Notes under the pieces: model-generated
The model's database searches: none
Told to the model about the DNA's origin: nothing
What the model saw: only the letters and a program-made list of their open reading frames with translations
Shown here: positions 19,767 through 26,834 of the stretch, in pieces
Layout of the letters: each line of letters begins with the position of its first letter
How positions within the stretch are numbered: the first letter of the stretch is position 1
From: Candidatus Zipacnadia bacterium
Lineage (GTDB): Bacteria; Armatimonadota; Zipacnadia; Zipacnadales; Zipacnadaceae
Length of the DNA stretch: 64,000 bases
Direction of reading: 5' to 3'
Assembly: GCA_029820565.1 (NCBI GenBank)
Contig: JALGUR010000009.1
Location: 1,787-65,786, forward strand
Made by a program: the position numbers and the translations under genes

Positions 19767-21153
19767 TTACCGGATTGGGCTACTGCTACTGGATGATGAG
19801 CCGCTACTGCTTGAGCTGCTACTCGAACTGCTGCTTAACGAAGACAAACTCGCAACGACCTGGCGTTTCTCCAGTTGCTTCGTCATTATGCCCAGGACGC
19901 TGTCGGCCTGCTGCAGGAACTCAAAGATAGCCTCGCGGTCGCCGGCGTGAAGCTGGCCTGCGTCAATCATCATATTGACCTGCTTTATCAGCTCAAATAC
20001 CACGCCTATGGCGCCCGGGACGTTCAGGTCATCATCCATCGCAGTTTCAAAGTCCTGGTGCGCGCGCGCCACAATCTCCCCTGCTTGCTCTGAGCGGCCC
20101 TCGCGCAAGGGCAGGCGGGGCAGGCGGGGCAACCGATCAATGAAGGTATTGAGCCGCGCGACGGTCCGCTCGCTCTGCTGGAGCCCCTCCATAGTGAAGT
20201 TGAGTTGCTGGCGGTAGTGGGCGGTGAGCAGTTGGTGGCGGATGGCCTGGGGCGAGTAGCCCTGCTCCAGCAGGTCGCGTAGGGTGAAGAAATTGCCCCT
20301 CCAGCAGGTCGCGTAGGGTGAAGAAATTGCCCAGTGACTTGGACATCTTCTGGCCTTCCACTATGAGATGCTCGCCATGCACCCAGAAGCGGCAGAACTG
20401 CTGGCCGGTAGCGCCTTCGCTCTGGGCGATTTCGTTCTCGTGATGCGGAAAGAGCAGGTCAACAGCGCCGGTGTGAATGTCCAGGGTCGGCCCCAGATAG
20501 GCCATAGACATCGCCGAGCACTCAATATGCCAGCCCGGCCGGCCCGACCCCCACGGGCTATCCCAGGAGGGCTCACCGGGCTTAGCCGCCTTCCAGAGGA
20601 CAAAGTCGCCGGCTTCCTCCCGCTCATACTGGTCGCCCTCCAGGCGGCTGAACTCGGTGGAACTTGATAATTCTTCGGGCTGGACGCCGGACAGTTTCCC
20701 ATAATCGGCAAATGAAGAGATATCATAGTAGACGCTGCCCTCGGCGACATAGGCATGGCCATTATCCAACAGTTTCTGAATAATCTCGTGCATCTGGGAG
20801 ATATGCTGGGTGGCTTGGGGGTATTTCCAGGCGCGCCGAATGTTGAGGGCATCAATGTCGTCAAAGAAATACTGAGTGTACTTTTCAGTGTACTCCGCGA
20901 GGCTGAGGCCCTGGGCGGCGGCGCCGGCGATGGTCTTGTCATCCACATCAGTGATGTTCATCACCTGCTTGACCTCAAAGCCCTTGAAGGACAGATAGCG
21001 GCACAGGATATCATTGAACGTGAAGGTACGCAGGTTGCCGATATGGGCAAAGTCGTAGACCGTCGGCCCGCAGGAGTACACCCTGGCCGTTTCGCCATCA
21101 TCCGGCTCAAAGACTTGTTTCCTTCTGGTCAGGGAATTGTACAATCGTAGCAT
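19767..21153 (-). pseudogene. cysS: Cysteinyl-tRNA synthetase, frameshifted by a 34-bp tandem duplication, ending in a poly-Ser tail
   Basis: N-terminal ORF carries the HIGN-type motif (FAHIGNLRT) and KMSKS. After ..[11 protein letters not shown] the frame is lost. Removing one 34-bp copy restores ..[35 protein letters not shown].., which joins ORF 19767..20192 (anticodon-binding domain). It ends ..SLSSLSSSSSSSSSSSGSSSSSSSPIR*. Confidence 0.9.
20265..20332. repeat. Perfect 34-bp direct tandem duplication inside cysS
   Basis: ctccagcaggtcgcgtagggtgaagaaattgccc occurs twice head-to-tail (20265-20298 and 20299-20332). Confidence 0.95.
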
Positions 21154-21238
21154 ATGTTAATTTTCTCCTCGGGAGGCAACAATCGGGCTAAGCGGAGGCT
21201 GATTGGCTTGCACTAGCGAGGGCGCCCTGCCAGCCAGG

Positions 21239-21808
21239 CTATTTCTGGTAGCGTTTCTTAATCTTGTTAGAGGCAAAGGTAAGAAAGGCTTTCACCGTAG
21301 CCCTATCGGTGGGACCAGAGCCCTGCATACCGACGAGGCAAACATAGTTGCGCTGCCAGAACATCCCGGTGATACTGCCCGCGGCCTCGGCGACGAAGGC
21401 CTGCTGCTTGATGGTATTGTACAGGGTGAAGGATGCGGCACCATCCCGCTGAGTCTCGCGGTGCGGAAGAAAGTATGCCTTGGCCTGCCGCCAGTTGCCC
21501 AGCCGGAACATATCCATGCTTATTCGCTGGTCGCTTTTCTTGTAGATACGCTGGTGGGCCGACTTAAGGCCCTTCTGGCGCATCTGGGGAACGGCCCCGT
21601 CGTAGATCGTGTAGAGCACTTCGTTGGTAGTTCCGCCCCGGTCAGTGCCCGCGATTATCTGCCAGCCTGCCATTTGACCGCTATTCGGCAGGAAACTGGC
21701 CAGCAGCGCGGTCTCGGCAGCACCTTGGACGGCTATCAGCGCACTGCCTGCTACAATCACGGTGATGGGAAGAACTATCAGCCACTTGCGCATACTCATT
21801 GCTCTCAT
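21239..21808 (-). CDS. Secreted hypothetical protein
   Basis: 189-aa ORF with signal peptide (MRKWLIVLPITVIVAGSALIAVQGAAE). Starts 3 nt after the tatA stop. No recognisable motif. Confidence 0.6.
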   Translation of the reverse strand: MRAMSMRKWLIVLPITVIVAGSALIAVQGAAETALLASFLPNSGQMAGWQIIAGTDRGGTTNEVLYTIYDGAVPQMRQKGLKSAHQRIYKKSDQRISMDMFRLGNWRQAKAYFLPHRETQRDGAASFTLYNTIKQQAFVAEAAGSITGMFWQRNYVCLVGMQGSGPTDRATVKAFLTFASNKIKKRYQK

Positions 21809-21811
21809 GCC

Positions 21812-22030
21812 TTAGCCGACCAGCGGCTCGTCGCCGCCGGCATCCTTGGTATCGTTGGATTCTTCTTCGGTCAAGGACGAGATCTCATCCACCGCCTCCT
21901 GGGAGGCGTGCTTGAATTCGCGGATGCCCTTGCCTAATCCGCGCATTATTTCCGGGATTTTCTTGGCTCCAAACAACAGCAGAACAATCAACAGAATTAG
22001 CAGGATTTCCTGCGTTCCCAGTCCAAACAT
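21812..22030 (-). CDS. tatA: Twin-arginine translocase subunit TatA/E
   Basis: MFGLGTQEILLILLIVLLLFGAKKIPEIMRGLGKGIREFK: canonical TatA transmembrane helix, hinge FG and amphipathic helix. Confidence 0.9.
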   Translation of the reverse strand: MFGLGTQEILLILLIVLLLFGAKKIPEIMRGLGKGIREFKHASQEAVDEISSLTEEESNDTKDAGGDEPLVG

Positions 22031-22096
22031 AGCCCTTCGCCTCCTTCACTGTTAAATTCGGCAGGCCGTTGCTCTAAAGGATTAGCATCAGCCAGC

Positions 22097-23137
22097 CTAA
22101 ATGGTTAGCAATACCTCTTCTATCTCGGCAGCACTGGCGTGCCCCAATCCGATTTGGGCCCCGGTGAAGATGTGACTCATATGACCGTTACTAATCGGCG
22201 ACTTACCGTTCTGCTGGCGGGCCTGGTTGATGAGGCGAGCACCGATGAAATCAAGCGCTACCGGGTCCGGGGACATCAGTATGCTCTGCTGGGCCCACTG
22301 GAACTGGGCCTTGCCGCCCGGGCCACCTTCGTACTGGCCCTTCAGTCCGTCGAGAATGTGCAGTACTGTCTTCTGACGGACTACCGGATGGGAGCACATA
22401 TATGGTATGTAGGGATTGCAATGGTTGTCGTGGGCGCTGCCGGTATGGTTGAAGATGCCAAAGGCGATATTCTTCAGCGCCAGGGTTACCCCCGCCCCCC
22501 CGTGGTTTTTTAGGATGGGGATGTTTATCATCTTGCTTATCTTCTGGGTGACAATCTTGCTGCAGGGCGCGGCTTCCTTGGTATCTTTGCCGTGGGGTGG
22601 AAATTCCTGAGTAACTGCGCCGTCGTATCCGGGCCCGCTGCCATCAGTGGCTATTAGCCAGGAGCCGTCCTCCTGCTGGCCGATGGTGAAGCCAGCGCCC
22701 TTCAGATGCCCGGTATAACGGTCAAAAGCAATTATATTCTCGGACCGCACGCCCACCGCAACCAACTCCTCTTTGAGCACCCGCAGCAGCACGTGGTCGT
22801 TGTAGAATCCAGGCCGCCCCAAGCAGTTTATCTTCAGGCCGACGACGTCATCCGGGCCTACTAGGCTGCGCCAGGCTTCCGCGAGATCGAGTTTCCCGGT
22901 AACCTGACAGATACCAGTTTGCACCATACTGCTAACCCTCTCGTAATCAGCCTGGCCAGTTTGCAGGTTAAAAGCGCCGTCTGAATGCGTATGGATGACG
23001 CGGCTGGTGCCGGCCGCTGTTGCCTGCTGAGCAGTTGCTTGGCCACTGCCCCCGAGTATCGCGGCGCCAATCAGCCCGGCGCCGACGGCAGCAGTCCGCT
23101 CGACAAACTCTCGCCTCGTTATCTTATCATCAGCCAT
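22097..23137 (-). CDS. Tat-signal DUF362-family protein, paralog 1
   Basis: Twin-arginine signal MADDKITRREFVERTAAVGAGLIGAAILG. LKNHGGAGVTLALKNIAFG is typical of DUF362. Confidence 0.8.
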   Translation of the reverse strand: MADDKITRREFVERTAAVGAGLIGAAILGGSGQATAQQATAAGTSRVIHTHSDGAFNLQTGQADYERVSSMVQTGICQVTGKLDLAEAWRSLVGPDDVVGLKINCLGRPGFYNDHVLLRVLKEELVAVGVRSENIIAFDRYTGHLKGAGFTIGQQEDGSWLIATDGSGPGYDGAVTQEFPPHGKDTKEAAPCSKIVTQKISKMINIPILKNHGGAGVTLALKNIAFGIFNHTGSAHDNHCNPYIPYMCSHPVVRQKTVLHILDGLKGQYEGGPGGKAQFQWAQQSILMSPDPVALDFIGARLINQARQQNGKSPISNGHMSHIFTGAQIGLGHASAAEIEEVLLTI

Positions 23138-23180
23138 AAATATCTCCTGTCTATCCGGCGATGCCAGATTATCTATTACA

Positions 23181-23210
23181 ATTCTACTCCTTTGACGGCA
23201 TTGGTGTCAA
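23181..23210 (-). promoter_or_regulatory. Sigma70-type promoter of DUF362 paralog 1
   Basis: Minus strand TTGACA-18 nt-TAGAAT, 44 nt upstream of the ATG. Confidence 0.55.
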
Positions 23211-23237
23211 CTTAGTTTGGTCTACCAACTGTTCCAG

Positions 23238-24254
23238 CTAAGGGAGGGTTCGCTCCAGTAACTCAATCCGGGATCGGTCGTTGGTGCCCAGACCGTACTG
23301 GGCGGCGGTATTGATATGTTTGGGCAGCTTGCCCGGCCCTCCGCCCAGCGGTCCTTTGCCCTGCTGGGCGCGCTTAGCATCAATTATGCCCGTGCCTATG
23401 GCATCACAGGCCACAGGGTCCTTGCCCACAATGATGCCCTTATAGGTCCAGATCGTCCCAGCCCCAGGCCCGGGGCCCCCGTCCCAGCAGCCCCGCGTGG
23501 CGTCACACACAATTAGCCGCGTCTTATTCCTGATCGTCGGTATATCGTTGATATCGGCAATGTGCGGGTCACAGTTGTTGCCGTGGTAGGGGCCGGGCTT
23601 GTCAATGGTGCCGTAGTGATTCTTCAACGCCAGTGTAACCTGCGCCCCGCCGTGGTTTTTCACTACCGGAACATTTATAAGCGCCGAGGCCCTCTGGGTA
23701 ATGATATTGCTCAGCGAATGGTGGAACGAGCGGTGATTTATGGGCTGGTCGTAGTCGCCATCGGTGCCGTAGACTCTCACTCCCTCCCCTTCCGTGCGCA
23801 CCTCATAACCAGCCTTACGCAGCTCGCCGGTGCTCCGGTCGAAGACAATGATATTCTCGCCAGGTATCCCCAGGTCCATGAGGCGCGTGGCGACCGCCAG
23901 CACTACAGGAACGCTACTGGACAGATGCGAACAGATACAGTTCACCTTAATTGCCACTACGTCATCGGCGGCGGCAACTTTCTCCCAGGCCTGCTGTACA
24001 TTCTCGGTGGCGAACACATGGCAAACCGCTGTGTCCAGCATCTCCAGAACCTTCTCCAGCCGCGGCTGGCTCTCGGTGGCCATTACGGTCTCGCTGCGTA
24101 TCAGAGCGACACGGCTCATTGTCGGCGTCGGCGGCGCTACCTGCTGCGCGACTGTCTCACAGCTCGTACCCAGGAGGCCCGCGCCAATCAGCCCGGCGCC
24201 GAGGGCAGCAGTCCGCTCGACAAACTCTCGCCTCGTTATCTTATTATCAGCCAT
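23238..24254 (-). CDS. Tat-signal DUF362-family protein, paralog 2
   Basis: MADNKITRREFVERTAALGAGLIGAGLLG. VKNHGGAQVTLALKNHYG. Collinear with paralogs 1 and 3. Confidence 0.8.
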   Translation of the reverse strand: MADNKITRREFVERTAALGAGLIGAGLLGTSCETVAQQVAPPTPTMSRVALIRSETVMATESQPRLEKVLEMLDTAVCHVFATENVQQAWEKVAAADDVVAIKVNCICSHLSSSVPVVLAVATRLMDLGIPGENIIVFDRSTGELRKAGYEVRTEGEGVRVYGTDGDYDQPINHRSFHHSLSNIITQRASALINVPVVKNHGGAQVTLALKNHYGTIDKPGPYHGNNCDPHIADINDIPTIRNKTRLIVCDATRGCWDGGPGPGAGTIWTYKGIIVGKDPVACDAIGTGIIDAKRAQQGKGPLGGGPGKLPKHINTAAQYGLGTNDRSRIELLERTLP

Positions 24255-24297
24255 AAATGTCTCCTATCTATCCCGCGATGCCAGATTATCTACTACA

Positions 24298-24327
24298 ATT
24301 CTACTCCTTTGACGGTATTGGTGTCAA
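24298..24327 (-). promoter_or_regulatory. Sigma70-type promoter of DUF362 paralog 2
   Basis: The same TTGACA-18 nt-TAGAAT block, within a roughly 100-bp intergenic copy nearly identical to 23138-23240. Confidence 0.55.
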
Positions 24328-24354
24328 CTTAGTCTGGTCTACCAACTGTTCCAG

Positions 24355-25374
24355 CTAAGGGAGGGTTTGCTCCAGTAACTCAATCCGCGATCGGTCGTTG
24401 TTGCCCAATCCGATCCGTGCCGCAGTATTGATGTGAGCGGGCAACTGGCCAGGCCCGGCTATCGGGGTCTTGCCCTGCTGCTCGCGCTGGGCATCAATTA
24501 TACCTGTGCCTATCGTATCACAGGCCACCGGATCCTGGCCGACAATAATGCCCTGGTAGACCCAGATGTCCGCCGCGTGAGGCGAAGGCCCGCCTTGCCA
24601 GCAGCCCCGGAGGGCATCGCAGACGATTAGTCGCGTCTTGTCCTTGATAGCCGGTATGTCATTGATGTCAGCAATGTACGGATCACAGTTATTGTGCGGC
24701 CCGTGATAGGCTGAGGGGTTGCTGATGCTGCCGTAATGATTCTTCATCGCCAGGGTAACCCCAGCGCGCTGATGGGTCTTGAGCACGGGCATGTTTATTA
24801 AAGCCGAGGCTTTCTGCGTGATAATTTTGCCCAGCCGATCGCGGAAGGAGCGATGAACTATAGGTTCATCATAGTCGCGGTCAACCCCATAGTATTTCAC
24901 GCCCGGCCCCGACCGCCGTGGCTCAAAACCCCCCTTGAGCAGATCTCCTGTGGCCTGCTCATAGACAATGATATTCTCCGCCGCCACGCCGCAGTCCATG
25001 AGACGAGTGCACACGCCCTGGACCAGCGAGACACTGGTAGCTAAAAGGATGCACATGCAGTTTGTCTTGATGGCGACCACATCGTCGGAGGCAGCCACTT
25101 TCTCCCAGGCATGCCGCGGATTGTCGCTGCCGAAGACATGCTGGACGGCAATGTCCAGCATCTCCAGAACCTTCGCCAGCCGCGGCTGGCTCTCGGTGGC
25201 CATCACTGTCTCGCTGCGTATGAGGGCAATGCGGCTGATCCCCGGTGCCGCGAGCGGTGTCTGCTGTCCCGCTCTCCCGCAGGTCACACCGAGAATTCCC
25301 GCGCCAATTAGTCCGGCTCCCGCCGCCGCAGTCTGCTGTATGAAGTGGCGTCTGGTTATCTTGTCATCGGCCAT
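24355..25374 (-). CDS. Tat-signal DUF362-family protein, paralog 3
   Basis: MADDKITRRHFIQQTAAAGAGLIGAGILG. LKTHQRAGVTLAMKNHYG. Confidence 0.8.
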   Translation of the reverse strand: MADDKITRRHFIQQTAAAGAGLIGAGILGVTCGRAGQQTPLAAPGISRIALIRSETVMATESQPRLAKVLEMLDIAVQHVFGSDNPRHAWEKVAASDDVVAIKTNCMCILLATSVSLVQGVCTRLMDCGVAAENIIVYEQATGDLLKGGFEPRRSGPGVKYYGVDRDYDEPIVHRSFRDRLGKIITQKASALINMPVLKTHQRAGVTLAMKNHYGSISNPSAYHGPHNNCDPYIADINDIPAIKDKTRLIVCDALRGCWQGGPSPHAADIWVYQGIIVGQDPVACDTIGTGIIDAQREQQGKTPIAGPGQLPAHINTAARIGLGNNDRSRIELLEQTLP

Positions 25375-25419
25375 GTATATCCGCTCTGTGCACCTCGCAG
25401 GGCCAAGTTACCTATTAGA

Positions 25420-25449
25420 ATTCTATTCCTCTGACGCTATCTGTGTCAA
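25420..25449 (-). promoter_or_regulatory. Sigma70-type promoter of DUF362 paralog 3
   Basis: TTGACA-18 nt-TAGAAT again, here overlapping the last codons of the PfkB kinase gene. Confidence 0.5.
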
Positions 25450-26367
25450 TGTCGTTTGCTCCACCAGCTCTTCTATCTGCGCCCGAGTGCACCGGCCGAT
25501 GCCGAAACTGGAAGCATTAGCCGCGCCCGCAGCCACCGCCCAGCGCAACCGCTCTTCACAGGGTTTTTCCTCCACTGTCGCGGAAGCCAAACCGGCGACC
25601 ATAGCATCGCCACTGCCCACGCGGCTGACTAATTCTATCTCAGGTGGCTTGACCCACCACTGTTCCTCGGCGGAGACGGCGATGGCTCCTTGAGCCCCTA
25701 ATGAAGTCAGCACCAGTTCAGTGCCGCTGTCCAGCAACTCCTCGCTGGCGGCAATGACCCCTTCCGGAACGTTGAGGCGACGGCCCACCAGCCATTCTAA
25801 CTCTCCCAGGTTAGGTTTCATCACCTCAGGAGCAGCCTTTGCTGCCTCGCGTAGCGGGTCGTCGTGGACATCCAACACTACGGGCACATCCGCCTTGTGG
25901 GCATCCTCCACCAGCCCGCGATAGAAGTCGGAGGGTACGCCTCGGGCCGGATTGCCCGATATTATTGCAATCTGGGCTTCAGCCAATAGTTCACGCCAGC
26001 GCGAGCGCAGTTGGCGCACTTCCCGCGGGCTTACCAGCGGCCCTAGCTCGTCCACGCGGGTTTCGGTGCCAGCGGTGCGGTCCACAAAGGTCTGACATAG
26101 TCGCGATTCCTCAGCAATCGCTACAAACGTCGGCTTAACAGTGACTTTGCGTAGGTCGGCTTGGATGAACTGTCCGATTATACCGCCGGCAAATCCGGTA
26201 ACTACCACATCATTATGGCCGAGAATGCGCAGCACCCGGGCCACGTTAATCCCTTTGGCACCGGCCGCCACGTCAAAGCGGCTGGCATGGTGAAACTGTC
26301 CCACCCCGAAATTCTTCACCTCATAGGTGCGGACCATCGCTGCGTTACTGCTGAGTACTAATATCAT
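25423..26367 (-). CDS. PfkB-family sugar kinase (1-phosphofructokinase/tagatose-6-P kinase type)
   Basis: N-terminal ..AAGAKGINVARVL.., and a C-terminal GSGDAMVAGL anion-hole/ATP motif typical of the FruK/LacC subgroup. Confidence 0.85.
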   Translation of the reverse strand: MILVLSSNAAMVRTYEVKNFGVGQFHHASRFDVAAGAKGINVARVLRILGHNDVVVTGFAGGIIGQFIQADLRKVTVKPTFVAIAEESRLCQTFVDRTAGTETRVDELGPLVSPREVRQLRSRWRELLAEAQIAIISGNPARGVPSDFYRGLVEDAHKADVPVVLDVHDDPLREAAKAAPEVMKPNLGELEWLVGRRLNVPEGVIAASEELLDSGTELVLTSLGAQGAIAVSAEEQWWVKPPEIELVSRVGSGDAMVAGLASATVEEKPCEERLRWAVAAGAANASSFGIGRCTRAQIEELVEQTTLTQIASEE

Positions 26368-26502
26368 GCCTGCTTACTCCTGAGTTGTCTGTTCAAAATT
26401 GCTTCATCGTGAGGCTTGGTGCTGGCTAATGCTATTTCCCCATGCTTACCCGCTTTCCTGCCTGGAGAAACCGTCTGGTACGCCAAGGTCACGGAGATAA
26501 CC

Positions 26503-26539
26503 AGACAGCCACCCTTTCGGCAAACTCAGAGTGGCTGTC
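26503..26539. repeat. Conserved hairpin element, copy 1
   Basis: agacagccaccctttcggcaaactcagagtggctgtc: a 9-bp stem GACAGCCAC/GTGGCTGTC. Near-identical to 29288-29323. Confidence 0.6.
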
Positions 26540-26585
26540 ATTTTCGTACCTTATTAGACTTCGCACCAATCGGCAAAGTTCCGCG

Positions 26586-26834
26586 TCATCCCTGTCGCCG
26601 GCGGAGGTAGATTGTTAGGCCGACAATCACGGGCACGGCGAATAGTCCATATAGTCCGACCCAGACCAGCGCCACCCCCACCTTGGCCGCAGCGCGGGTG
26701 AAGCTGCGCCAGGCTCCGCGGACACCCGAGAGTGCTTCCGAGACCTCCGGAGTTTTCTCGATCAGGGTGGCGCTGATGGTAGCCAAGACCAGCTCGCGCT
26801 GCACGGGGCCATCGGGTTGGGGGGAAAGTGGCAA
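26586..26834 (-). CDS. Possible small C-terminally anchored membrane protein
   Basis: 82-aa ORF (TTG start) with GC3-rich codons and a clear C-terminal transmembrane helix (VALVWVGLYGLFAVPVIVGLTIYLRRRQG). It overlaps the upstream gene end by 73 nt, so either this ORF or that gene's tail is misread. Confidence 0.3.
   Translation of the reverse strand: MPLSPQPDGPVQRELVLATISATLIEKTPEVSEALSGVRGAWRSFTRAAAKVGVALVWVGLYGLFAVPVIVGLTIYLRRRQG

Noticed and set aside
21203-25693. Long plus-strand ORFs (21203..21937, 23562..24332, 23830..24312, 24968..25693) antisense to the tatA/DUF362 genes
   Set aside because: These are shadow ORFs typical of GC-rich DNA. Their translations are Arg/Ala/Pro-rich with no motifs, while the minus-strand genes have clear family signatures, signal peptides, RBSs and promoters.
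26762-26834. Frameshift at the 3' end of the 801-aa dockerin gene, which would fuse it to the 82-aa transmembrane ORF
   Set aside because: The last roughly 25 residues of the long ORF look non-native (..CHFPPNPMAPCSASWSWLPSAPP), so this is plausible. The sequence alone cannot distinguish a fusion from an overlapping small gene, so both are listed as features with low confidence for the small ORF.
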